Positions 12,482-24,275 of a stretch of 64,000 bases of DNA are shown here, in pieces. This DNA comes from Laetmonice hystrix (taxonomy: Eukaryota), in contig OZ249440.1 in NCBI GenBank assembly GCA_965235115.1, forward strand, positions 31,746,001 to 31,810,000. Reading direction: 5' to 3'. The notes under the pieces were generated by a model. That model had not been told where the DNA came from, did not search any database, and saw nothing but the letters and a program-made list of their open reading frames with translations. The position numbers were made by a program, and so were the translations under genes. The first letter of the stretch is position 1. Each line of letters begins with the position of its first letter.

Positions 12482-13456
12482 CTATGATTGCAGGATCTAT
12501 GCTATAAGTTTTGACATCAGGTCATTCTGGCCATTGAAAAGATGCAAGATCTCAGTAACGGATCGGGGGGGGGGGGGGCAGCACCCATCCCCTGTAGTTG
12601 GCAAATGTATTTTTCCCCTCACAACTTTCTCAACTGACCCTTCTCAACCCGCCTGTTAGTCAGAAAATATGCGTATCCACTACACACATCGGCAAAAGTA
12701 TCAGACCATCTCTTATATCTGTTTGCCTGTTTCTGATAGACTAGATGGGGCCATCCTTCTAACGCTGCGCGTGGAGAAGGATGTGCACATCACCATAGGA
12801 AAAACCCCAAATGTCATGCACCTATCGATTTCAATGCAGATTGCAAACTGATGTTTCCCTTCTCCCTTATAATAAAGTGTCCCTATTAATCCCTAATACT
12901 TCCGCTAAAATTCCGTGCAATACACAGTCGATTTGATGGGTGATTGTTACTGTATGGCCTATTGTTACTTATTCTGTAAATTTTATGATTCCGTAATATT
13001 TAGAGAGTAAAGCGGAATGCGGAAGACCTCAGTCAAATGCGGAAAGATTCCGCAGAATGCGGAAGGGTTGGCAGGTATGCACATGCACAAACCGGAACAC
13101 AATATTGCGACTAGCTGAAATATGTTTGGAAGTGGCCGCATTCGTTTACAAAAGAGGCCATAATATATTACAGAAGATGCGACTCCTCTCAAAAAAGACC
13201 ACCAACAGGCAACTAGGCATGCGTTTAGATTTATAGGAATCTATGCAATTCCTTCAGTAGATGTGTTTTTGATTTATTTCAATGGAGATGTTGTCGACCA
13301 ACAAACGTAGTGTAACGCAGTGCAGTAGGTCGATATATTGGCTACTGATAGACCAACAGCTGACAGACCTCAGCACAAAGAAAACAGGACAGAATGGACA
13401 AATACCACGTTTTTGAGCCTCGTCATTTTAACAAAAAAACACAAGTTGACACTTAC

Positions 13457-13608
13457 TCTGTTGGTAAGCACTGCACGTCGGATGTCACGAACTCCATCAA
13501 TGACCAGCTGTGATGCTCCGATGAACTCACCCTCGTCAACAGGTTTCACTGGCTGCGAACTCAGTGCATCCACTGCAACTTCAACTTTCTCAGCAAAGTG
13601 AGGCATAA
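13457..13608 (-). CDS. CTNNA: alpha-catenin exon (IMPHFAEKVEVAVDALS...DGVRDIRRAVLTNR)
   Basis: 152 nt, CAG/GTAAG, phase 1/0; end of M3. Confidence 0.97.
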
Positions 13609-13780
13609 CTGAAACAAGATGAATGGTGGTGCAAACAACTGACTGTACGTGACCCTGACACCAACAACTCTAGGTGAGTGAGTGAGTAATAGTGGAGTTT
13701 TGCCATATTGGCATCCAAGGCCATCTTCATGGCGAAACCATAGTTAGATCCTGGGTCCCAGTAGGCACCAACAACACTCA

Positions 13781-14420
13781 CTGTAGTCAGATGTCATCTT
13801 GACACCAGCAGATGTAGGTCAGAGGTCAACCTGACACCAACGGCTGTAGGTCAGAGGCCACCCCAACAACAGCAGCTGTAGGTCAGAGGTAACCTTGACA
13901 CCAGCAGCTGTAGGCCAGAGGTCAACCTGACACCAGCAGCTGTAGGGCAAAGGTCACCCCGACACCAATGGCTGTAGGTCAGAGGTCATCCCAACACCAG
14001 CAGCTGTAGTCAGAGGTCACCCCGACAAGAGCTGCTGTAGGTCAGAGGTCACCTTGACACCAGCAGATGTAGGCCAGAGGTCAACCCGACACCAGCAGCT
14101 GTAGGCCAAAGGTCACCCCGACACCAATGGCTGTAGGTCAGAGGTCATCCCAACACCAGCAGCTGTAGGTCAGAGGTCACCCCGACGCCAACACCTGTAG
14201 GTCAGAGGTCACCCTGACACTAGCAGCTGTGGGTCAGAGGTCACCCTGACAACAGCAGCTGTAGGTCTGAGGTCACCCAGACACCAGCAGCTGTGGGTCA
14301 GAGGTCACCCTGATACCAGCAGCTGTAGGTCAGAGATCACCCTGACAACAGTAGCTGTAGGTCAGAGTTTGCCTTGACACCAGCAGCTGTAAGTCCGAGG
14401 TCGTCCTGGCACCAGCAGCA
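13781..14420. repeat. 31-32-bp minisatellite, about 20 copies
   Basis: Unit GACACCAGCAGCTGTAGGTCAGAGGTCACCC(T). Confidence 0.95.
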
Positions 14421-14503
14421 GGCACTTCACATAACCTACATAGTGTACTGTTTTGGTCACAGGTACCAGGATGGGCGTGATCACCCACGTTCCTCACACT
14501 TAC

Positions 14504-14704
14504 TCTGGTCTCGCAGTACAGCCACAGCCTCCAGCACACGCTCGGTATACGGCCCAGGTTCGTAATTGTCCATCTCTGAGGTAACAACATTGCAAACCCG
14601 TGCCGACCGTCCCCGTATGGCTCCAGCTGTTCGATCTAGTGTGTCAGCATTGTGTTCCTGTAGAGCATAGCAGCATTTGTTGACGTCCTCCAATATGTGG
14701 CCCT
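14504..14704 (-). CDS. CTNNA: alpha-catenin exon (EGHILEDVNKC...LDRTAGAIRGR...LRDQ)
   Basis: 201 nt, CAG/GTAAG, phase 1/1; frame joins both neighbours. Confidence 0.98.
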
Positions 14705-14899
14705 CTGCCAAGAAAAATGAAAACCTCATTATTCCCTATGAAACTAGGGTGCTAGTATGTTGGTAATACACTGAAGTTTACACAGATGACTTAAAGATAT
14801 GAGAAGAAAAGCTGATTTTTACTGAAATTTCTCCCAATAGCTTGGGGTGTTCCGCTAAACAGAAGGGCAAATCGATCGTCACTGACGTTATATATTTTT

Positions 14900-16680
14900 A
14901 AACAAGCTTGTAAAGATTATAAGTACCCCCACCAAGAACTATGGATTCTTGAAAAGCCGATGCACTTCAATTGATCTTTGAAGGGCATAGAAAATATTGT
15001 CGTATGTACTTCGTCTGCATCTTTGTAACTATCCAGTTATGTATAGTTTGAGTGCATAGCGTTATCCAGCATGAAGATGGACTTTGTCTGCATCTTAGTA
15101 ACTTTGCAGTTATGTACTTTGATAGTGTTATCCGGCATGAAGTGTTTTGTAGATACAGGCAATTGCAAATATTCTGGACCTTGATTGACCTTTAGAGGTC
15201 AGTTATGTACAGTTTGATAGCATTATCCGGCGTGAAGTGTTTTGTAGATACAGGCATTTGCAAATATTCTTGACCTTGATTGACCTTTAGAGGTCAGTTA
15301 TGTAAAGTTTGATAGCGTTATCCGGCGTGAAATGTTTTGTAGATACAGGCAATTGCAAATATGCTTGACTTTGATTGACCTTTAGAGGTTAGTTAAATTC
15401 ATGGAAATTCATGTTTTTTTCTCTCAATTTTTACTAACGTTAGTGAATTCACCAGACCCCGTCGGAGTCACAGCCCCCAACTGAGTGGGGACTAATTAAT
15501 TATCATGCTTTCTGACACTAAGAACGAAATCCAGAAAATTTCATTTATTGCTTTGAATTTCTTTATATTCAAAATCGCCACCAAGCAGCCTTTTTTAATG
15601 ATATGTTTGACCTGTGTCCTCCTTAGACTGTCCCTGGTTATTATGTAATGTTTCATGCAAGATTAGATGTTATCTTCAACTGCTTTGGAGGAACAGGCCA
15701 TTAAAACATGCATGACCTTGATTGACCTTTCAAGGTCGCTCAAGGTCATGGAAAATGGCACCAACGGAAACTTCATATATGACTTCCTATCTGTCAATAA
15801 CTATAGTAACTATTGCCTTATCTTGCCCCGTTTGCGAGATATGAGCCAAAACAGTGTTGGGGGGTGGGGTAAAAATATTAACATGGCCGCCATGTCGCGA
15901 TATTTGCTCTGATCTGGGAATACATTGGCATATAAATTGCCCCTCATATACACCTTCTTTCCACCAAATTTGAAAGAAATCTGGATCGTTTTGTCTGAAT
16001 TATTGCTCCAAATGTGTTTATATCCAAGATGGCCATCATGCGGCCATTTTGACTGATGTCAATAATATGTTTGACCTGCTTCATCCTTGCACTGTCCTTG
16101 ATCATTATGTAATTTTTCATACAAGATTATGTCGTTATCTTCAACTGTTTTGAAGATCCAGGCTATTGAAAACATGTATGACCTTGATTGACCTTTCAAG
16201 GTCGCCCAAGGTCATGGAAAATGGCGCCAAATGAAACTTCATATATGACTTCTTATCTATCAATAATAGTAACTATTGCGTCATCTTGCACTGTTTTTAA
16301 GATAAGCAGTGTCATTCTGGGGGTCAAGAAACAAATATGGTCGCCAAGACCCCAAGTGGCGATTTTGGATCTGAATTGAAATTTTATTGTGATGCATATT
16401 GGCCATGCTTATGCGTCCTCCCTGCACCAGTTTTGAAAGAAATCATGATTGTTTTGGCCAAGTTATTGCTCAAGCTGCCATTTTGAATGATATCAAAAAC
16501 CTGTTTGAAGTGCATCATACTCAGATCATCACTGATCATCGTGCGAAGTTTAAAAAAAACGGACCCATATACTTGTGAGAAATCGCTGTCTACGGACGGA
16601 CGGACGGCAGGATGGCGCGACCGACAGCGGACGGCGCAACGGAGGGCTAATTATAAGCCCCCCCGTTGTGGGGGCTAAAA
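14900..16680. repeat. two adjacent Helentron/HINE-like repeats (95-bp internal tandem at 15121-15395)
   Basis: AAACAAG start; 3' CCCC..GGGG stem-loops near 15480 and 16665; start homologous to ~53800. Confidence 0.55.
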
Positions 16681-19070
16681 ATATTCACGAAATCCAATCA
16701 GGCAAGTAGGCTGTGCTATGGAACATAATTACCAGACTATATAGAAGCAGTAATTTTGCCAATTTGTAAAATCTATATGAAATAATTGACATTATTCCTT
16801 TAAGATATAAGCACTTTAGTGCCGGAGCCTGCTCAGCTGGTGGATACTGCCATACTGTCTGCTAATTTTGGTATCATGGTTCCTGACCCAGACCTGACCA
16901 ATCACAGCACGACTGCTCTCCAGTTTGGGAGGTACTAAAAACTGACACACGTGTTGCGTTGAGCGATTCGGAAGGTAGCAAACGTTGACAGCTTACATAA
17001 CTCATAAGCCATATTTGTTAGAACACCATCAATAGTGATGAGGAGTCACTAGGAATTAAGCCTAACGACATCAGGGTGTAGGATATATCAGGGCAGATAC
17101 GGATTTCGGCCGTCATGGGTTTCGGCCGCCTGCATTCAATTCGTAACTATGTTCAGAGGTGTGATGTTGACGGAGCTCAGCCCCGCTGGGCCTCCACCCG
17201 GACTACGACCTGGCGCTGAGATCGGGGCACTATCAGCACAGACCTGTTTCATTTAGTTAGCCTTTTCAAAAAGGTTTAGGGTTTACCGTTAGGGTTATGG
17301 ATAGTGATAGGGCCTAGATACATTGCAAAGAAAATTCTATGACGGAGGGATTTAGCCGATTTACCCCGATGGTGATGAGTCGCACCTGTAGGCCTACGGC
17401 TACTGGCAGCCAGGGTGCATTCACCCGGCCATCAACATGAGACACCCGGGCGCGCCCGGACAATCGACCGACCACCTGGACCTCCCTGTCTGTTTTGCTA
17501 GGCCTACTCGTCCAGCCTCTCGTGGGACTGATCCCCATTGCCAACCCGCCCTGGCCGTCTCTAGCCTAGCCCGACCTCAATTGATTCAGGATCGGTCCAC
17601 TCGCTTGCTGGCAGACAGCAGCATGTGCATGCTCAAATAGACGGCACCATGACGTCAATGACTTGTGGACAGTGCCACAATGGCTGTGCTGCTGAAGCCA
17701 GTGATTTTGACTCGGTTTTGATGTTCAACATTATGACTTCTTGGAATAGGGGGGCCATTTATTTCCAACCACTACCGTGAAAGGCGAGGATACATGGAGA
17801 CCTTGTGGTGGTCCAAATGTGATTTCTGACTAGACTTTCCCTTTAAATAGTACAATTATACGATACTTACCTCGTACAGTAGAAGTAGAATTTTCAATTT
17901 TACTGAGGACAACACGTTGTGTTGTAGGGAATAGCTGAGATGGAACACGTGATCGAGTCGGTCTTCAGGATTCAAAGAGAGAGAGCGAGAACTTAACCTA
18001 AGGAAGTAATAATGTAATAAAATATTATTACTATTATGATCATTCCTATTCCCGTTATTATTTTGGCCCCTACCCCCATGGTAGTTGGGGAAGTCCAGGG
18101 TCGGGAAAACACCAGGGAGGGCAGCTATTCCCTACAACACAACGTGTTGTCCTCGGTAAAATCGAAATTCTACTTCTACTGTACAAGGTAAGTATCGTAT
18201 AATTGTACTATTTTACCTCGGAGAACACTATAAGTGTTTCCGGTAATCGCTGAGATGTTTAAAGCTGTTAAGTTCGTCTCTCGGTGCTAATTCATAAATA
18301 GAAAACACACACAACTGAGTACATGTACTACTGAACTGTGTTTTATTAATCTGAAACCCATCATAGTACACATGGTACATGCACCCCGTATTCTGTACTG
18401 GGAAGTGCTTATCAACCCTTACCCTGATGCACCTTGTAGCAGGCCCTTATCGACTGAAGTGTGGCTCTCTATCCTTTTATTATAAAACCTAGCAAATGAA
18501 TTTGTGTTTCTCCAACCCGCATGCCTCATTATAGCATTAAGCAGGACACCTAGAGCCCTTGCAGCTGATGTGGTTGCTCCCCTTGTGGAGTGGCACTTGT
18601 ATTTGCTGGTATCCATACCCGCTTTCTGAAGGATTATTAGAGTCCATCTGGCTAACGTATCTCTAGAAATGCCCCTGTGAGGCTTGACATAAGCAATTAG
18701 TAACTGGTTATCTTGTCTGATGCTTCGTGTTACTTCCAGGTACCTCTTAGGAGTTTTAACAACACACAACTTAGCACACTCTGGGTAGTCTTTGAGTACG
18801 ACACAATCAAGAGGATCTCCTATGCGATTATGTTTTAACAGACTTTTCATCTTAAAAACTACTGGAGTTCCTAAATCTAAATTTGATACTGATAAGTTCA
18901 AAATGGTAGGCCATTGTCTGAACAAGTTGAAAACCTGACTTACATCCCAGAACACCCGATATTGGGTGGGTTTCTTTCGTAGACCCCTTTTACTAGCCAG
19001 CAAATTATTGGGTGTTTCCCAATTGTATTCCCCTCAAACTGAGGAAGAATCACAGAGCGGGCTGCATTAA

Positions 19071-19410
19071 AGGTGCTATTCGTCTCGCACAGAATGGCAT
19101 TTCTCCTATCATACATTGTACACATAGTACTAGAAATAATTCCTACCGATACCATTGGCCTGATAAACCTTCTATTAGTTTGTGTGCAGCATTTGAAACC
19201 TATCTCGGTGCGCACCGAGATAGAGCCATTTCCTATGGTGGGGCGTGTCAGGGTCTCCACAGGCCTTCTGAGAGAGCCCCATTTGTGCCGTTATCCATGA
19301 AAAATTTTGATTTCCTTTGTTGTGAATCTATTTCCATGATACGTGGGATCACATAAACGTCAACAAAATTAAAAATAAAAAAATTGAATTTTTGTTCACG
19401 AATAGCACCT
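19071..19410. mobile_element. Kolobok-like MITE
   Basis: Perfect 13-bp TIR AGGTGCTATTCGT; TTAA on both sides. Confidence 0.85.
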
Positions 19411-19414
19411 TTAA

Positions 19415-19949
19415 AGGCCATAGAAAATTTCAAACTATCAATATAAGGGTGTTCTGCATGAACAAGCTTGTTACTACCTACAATCCTGTGATGGTCTGAT
19501 CTTTAATAAAGGAATAATTAACTGAAATGTAGCTAGGCATTCTCCCGCTGGCTTCGTCTGCTTGTCTGCCCTACTTGTCCACGAATTGTTATGTGGCTGC
19601 CAGGCGGAACGAGCCACGCAGATTCCCAGCCAGGGTGCCGCTATTCCCATCCCACTGTGATTCCACTTTTACCAGAAACATGCCCATGATGGCGGCAAAC
19701 TCTGTATTTGTTAACATGCCCCAATAAGGGTGTGAAGAGAGAGAAAAAAAGGTATCTGCTGTCACCGGTAAAAGTACACAGTCAGTAGTGCAGTCGTAGT
19801 GAGTGAGTGAGTGTCCGATGAAGCCAGTGGCAGACGGTATTTTTAAAAGTCGCCTTAGACAGTGATCCACTTATCGGCGCGACCTTAGACACTTCACATG
19901 GTGTTACTGGTGTTCAAAGGTATGTTAATGAGGAATTTTACCTGCCTCT
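19415..19949. mobile_element. Kolobok-like non-autonomous element
   Basis: TTAA on both sides, AG...CT ends, imperfect TIR (AGGCCATAGAAAATT / AGAGGCAGGTAAAATT). Confidence 0.65.
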
Positions 19950-20151
19950 TTAATTGCTCCATAGCCAAGTCCTTTCTCCGCCAAAGTTCGCAGGAACTTG
20001 CACAATTTTGGCAAAGTAGGTTTTAACAGCGACACATTATTTGTTAAACAGAAAACCGTCCACTTTCGAAGACACGTTGTGTAGATTCTCTTGGTGGATG
20101 GACGCCATGCATCCATGATCAATTTAATGGTGTTTGTGTCTAAACCTGCTT

Positions 20152-21666
20152 TTAACCGTTTCTTTTCAAGAAAAGGAATGCCCCCAGGGGGGCCCTTGAA
20201 ATGTCCTCTTCATGTACTGGATTTCCTTGAGGAACCAGGTTGGCTTTTCTTTGGTTGAACTGCAGAATTTGCTGAGCTTTGTTGTGTAGACGAGCAAACC
20301 AGGGTTGGCATGGCCACCACAGGGCAATGATAATGGCATGGCTGTTGCCCCGTAGTACCTTCTGTAGCACTCGCCCTACGAGGCTAAATGGAGGGAAAAT
20401 GTAAAAGAATTCATTAGACCAAGACAGGGTAAATGCATCCACAGCCCAAGCCTCTGGATCTGGAACCCACGAAACGAACTTGTCTACCTTTTTATTTAGG
20501 CGTGATGCAAACAAATCTACCTCTGGTACCCCAAACGTTTCACAGATCTCAGTGAACAGGTCTGCATTCAGACTCCACTCTGTATTATCAGAAAAAATTC
20601 TAGACCTGTAGTCTGCCAAGTAGTTATCTGCACCGGGGATATGTGCAACAGATAGCCAAGCATGATGCTCCTCAGCCCAGTTCCAGATCTGTTTAGCGAC
20701 TGTATTACAAGCAGCTGAGCGGATACCCCCCCCCCCACCCATCTTTGTGATGTAAGCGACGGCCGTGGTATTATCCGTGAAGATTTTGATGTGTATACCA
20801 TTTTCCTCTATTAATACCTAGACCTATCTTTTTGTCTACTTCTAAACCTCTAATGTGAGCCTGACTATACTCGACTTCCTGTGAGTAGGCTACCATTAGT
20901 CCCACAAGGGCCGCTACTTCTCTGACAGTTGGTTTTTTCTTGACCAAAAGTTCCCTGGAAACTTTGTACATTTTCTCCCTTTTCTCCTGCGTCAGTCCTA
21001 CTGTCATGCACTCTGTGTTCAGTTCAAACCATAGAAACTTCATAATTCTAATGGGCCGAAGCACGGATTTTTCTTCATGAATAAAAAATCCTAAATTTCT
21101 TAGCGCCTCACAAATAGCTAGCAATGTTTTTCTACAATCTTCTGCACTATCCGCTATTGTAAATGAATCATCTATATAAGGAAAGCACTCATGCCCTGCC
21201 GAACGCAACTGTGCAAATACTGGTGAAAGTAGCATAGTGAAAATTCTCGGTGCGCATGCCAGTCCATTAGGCATGACAGTATACTGGTACAATTTACCAT
21301 TCCAGTAAAACCTAAGAAATTTCCTATCTGTGGTACAGAGTAATAAGCTTCCCTAAGATCTACCGACCCTAACCATGCTCCAAGCCAGAGCATGTCGATT
21401 GCTGTTTGTAAAGAACACATTTTAAAATGTGAATACTGAACATACTTATTGAGCCCTGTAAGGTCAAGTATAACCCTAACTCTGCCGTTGGGCTTTGGCC
21501 GACTAAATATATTTGACACCCACTGGTCAGGAGACCAATGAGCACTTTCAATAATCCCTCTCTGTAGCAAGGTTTCTACTTCCTGAGAAAGTAGACACTT
21601 GTCTGGCTGTCTAAGTCTTTGTTTGGACAAGTGTTGTAATGAAAGGGATAGAAACACCCCTGACAC
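20152..21666 (-). pseudogene. DIRS pol: reverse transcriptase, partial RNase H and Dam-like methyltransferase domain
   Basis: RVILDLTGLN, VDLREAYY, MPNGLACAPRIFT, YIDD; FTDNTTAVAYI, HIPGADNYLAD; VDLFASRLN...DAF...YIFPPF. Frameshifts; N-terminal RNase H motifs missing near 20795. Confidence 0.93.
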
Positions 21667-21767
21667 TGTTAATTACCCAGGTATCACGGGTTAATTTTGA
21701 CCAATTAAATAGACAGTGTGCAATGTTCCCGGCAACAAACACATCTGAGGGAAAGAGTAAAGGCAAT

Positions 21768-23182
21768 TCACTCGCCTTGTTTACTTCCGGGCTCCTCGTT
21801 TGTGAAAATCCTGCTGCAAGGTTTGATGTGGTGGTGTGACATGCCTAGGCGCGGCAACACGCTGATGCCACTGCGGTCGCTGACCTTGCTGACCCCAAGC
21901 CATGGACTGGAACCCACTGGGGCCAAGAAACCTGGGCAGGTAGTTGTAGTGGTAGCGTCTGATAAATCAGCGCTTCTGCTGTTGGCCAATGGTAGCTCTA
22001 CCTCTGGCTGCGGCCTCTTCTTGGATATCTTATCCATCAACTTTTGCGACAATTCACAGTCTCTGGCCGCTTCAGCCAAATTACCTCCGAAAAGCCATTC
22101 CGGATCGCTTGTATGACTATGTAGGTTTTTAGCATAGTCTGCCTGTATATTTGACTTGAGATTATCTCGTCTCTTGTTGGCGACAGTCATCGATGTGGCC
22201 GCTAATATTCGAAGCGGGTCAATAAGATTGCCACTGAGGCTATCTAAATCTTCATCGTCCTTGCCTCTTTCCAGCATAAGCTTAGCCCCCAGCAGCATGG
22301 CGACAAGGGCAGATCCAATCCCTTTCTGAATAGCCAAAAGAGAAGTATCTAAAGCCTTCTCTTTAGATTCCGCTGTAGCTAGGATTTCAGACTCCGCTTT
22401 GGGGGTTTGCAAAACTGGCAGGTTTTCCAGACGTTTATAATTATTAGCCACACCATGTAGGGTCGCAACTGGTTTAGACTCTCCAAAAACCTTATTCATC
22501 AGATTAGCAATGTTCTCATCCACCTTTGGCCCAAGGTCTGATGTCTGTTCCCTCATCATGTCACCAAACTTGCCTTCTTTGGTGACCTCAACCGGTGGCA
22601 GGTCTGCTGGAGCCTCCGTTTCCTGGTCTTCCTTGGACATTTCATGGGCCAAACGAGTGTTTGCCGATTCCGTTTCCCATCCCATGTCCGTATTGTCTGG
22701 GTAGCCTTCCGGCGTCGGGAGTAAAGGGAATGGTGCCCCGAACCCACTGTAACCAGCCAGTGCCATATGCTGGTGCGTACATCCATGGTGAACTGTAAGG
22801 TGACGGAGCAGTGCCAGCAGTGAATGGGGGGAACCCGAACGGCTGACCAGCAGTCCAAGGTGTGTGTAGGTCAACTGGTGCATCGAAGGCCTGTTGATCG
22901 GTGCGCTGGGCGGCTGCCACCAGTGCTTCTCGTACCCTGTTCGGGGGGATCTCATGGGCGCTAGCCTGAGGCTCTTGACTCGTGTCACCACTGACCATGA
23001 CAGTATTGGTTTTCGGCAAACTTGTTACGGCCCAGCCAGGACTAGGCCCGCTGGAAACTTTCACCCGAGCGGCTGAAGTTTTTGCAGTTTTCTTTCCTCT
23101 TGTTTTAGAACAAGGAATCTCTATCGCGTCGTTCCCCCTCCACTGCCGTGGCGGACTCCACGTTTTCATTTTGTTCGGCCAT
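21768..23182 (-). pseudogene. DIRS gag-like ORF1, frameshifted
   Basis: Probable start MAEQNENVES at 23182; frames switch into ORF 21768..22991; DIRS-gag-like ...KRRDNLK...EWLFGGNL. Confidence 0.75.
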
Positions 23183-24092
23183 GGTACCCGCAGGCTATGG
23201 ACTTGGAACGGTAGTAATGGCAAGCACGTGTGTATGACCAGGAACCCGCAGGTTTCTGAAACACAAGCCAAAACTGTATTAATCATTATTCCAACCAGAA
23301 ACCCCGCAGGCTGTCAGTAAAGGAATTCACTCAAACGGGGCAAAACCCGCTAGACATAATAAGAAAAAGATTTCTTACCTACAACGAAGGCGGAGCTCCC
23401 TGAATCCGTCTGTCCCTTTCGAGCTGTGACACAAACTGAAGACCAACTCGATCACGTGTTCTATCTCAGCGATTAGCGGAAGCACTTATAGTGTTGTCCA
23501 AGGTAAAATTACCAGTTCATAAGCCCACACCTCAAATATCCATACTGCCAGCCTGGTTCAGTAGGGTAAGATAAGAGTTCCAAATGATATAGAGTTTTCG
23601 TGTATCACAAATATCAACTTATTTTTTAACAAATTGTTGTTCCATGAGAAGTCCCAGAGATCAAATCTATTATTTTTAGCAGCTTTCAGGACTGATCATG
23701 TTACTGCATAACTGCGGTAATGTTACTGGCAGAGATTTTAGGCATGTTCTCAAGGAGAGCACGGAAGAAGTGACTGGCCATTGTTACAATGGTTCAGATT
23801 TTGAGAAGAAGAAGACACGCTTTATTTTTGTGGATTTGCTGACTATCCAATGACAGGACAGCCCGTATCCAGCCTCTGCTTTTCTGCTACCCAGGAAACG
23901 CACCAGAGGCTGACCTCTTTATTGCTTTGCTTCTGTGGGTGGTGTCGGCACACCCTCAACACCCCTCCTGCCTGGCTACAGGCCTGCAGCACACAGGTAC
24001 TGATTGGGATACTGCTCCCAGAGCTCCGTCAACTTGTCCTCCAACCCCCTGTCCAACTTAAAGTCCGCCATAATGAGCGATGACAGGCCTAC

Positions 24093-24275
24093 GGTCAAGG
24101 TCCGTTAGTCCGACAGCCCAATAGTCCGACAACACACTTTGGCTGTTGGACCAATGGACTGTCGGACCAATGGAAAAATATAACTAACCCTCAACCTAAC
24201 CTTAACTCTAACCCATAGGGTGTCGGACCAATGGGCTGTCGGACCAATGGGCTGTCGGACCAATGGGCCCACACC
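24093..24275. mobile_element. small MULE-like MITE with 9-bp TSD
   Basis: CAGGCCTAC duplicated at 24084 and 24276; inverted GTCCGACA/TGTCGGAC arrays and CTAACC repeats. Confidence 0.75.

Larger units (their letters stand above)
18419..20122 (-). pseudogene. DIRS tyrosine recombinase, interrupted by two MITEs
   Basis: N-terminal AWRPSTKRIY..KW..FC; C-terminal HSTRG, AGW, FARFY; removing 19071-19953 restores GYGAINAARSVILP. Confidence 0.92.
17845..23508 (-). mobile_element. DIRS1-type tyrosine-recombinase retrotransposon, full length but decayed
   Basis: ITR pair ~17935-17968 / ~23437-23469; internal complementary region ~18122-18257; A-run termini; gag, RT/RH, MT, YR order. Confidence 0.95.

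Noticed and set aside
18419..20742. Phage integrase plus Dam methylase as prophage or horizontal transfer
   Set aside because: Both are normal DIRS1 modules, flanked here by RT and ITR/ICR ends
24180..24215. Telomere-like CTAACC repeats (also TAGGGT near 17275-17300)
   Set aside because: Short, degenerate internal parts of small repeats/MITEs
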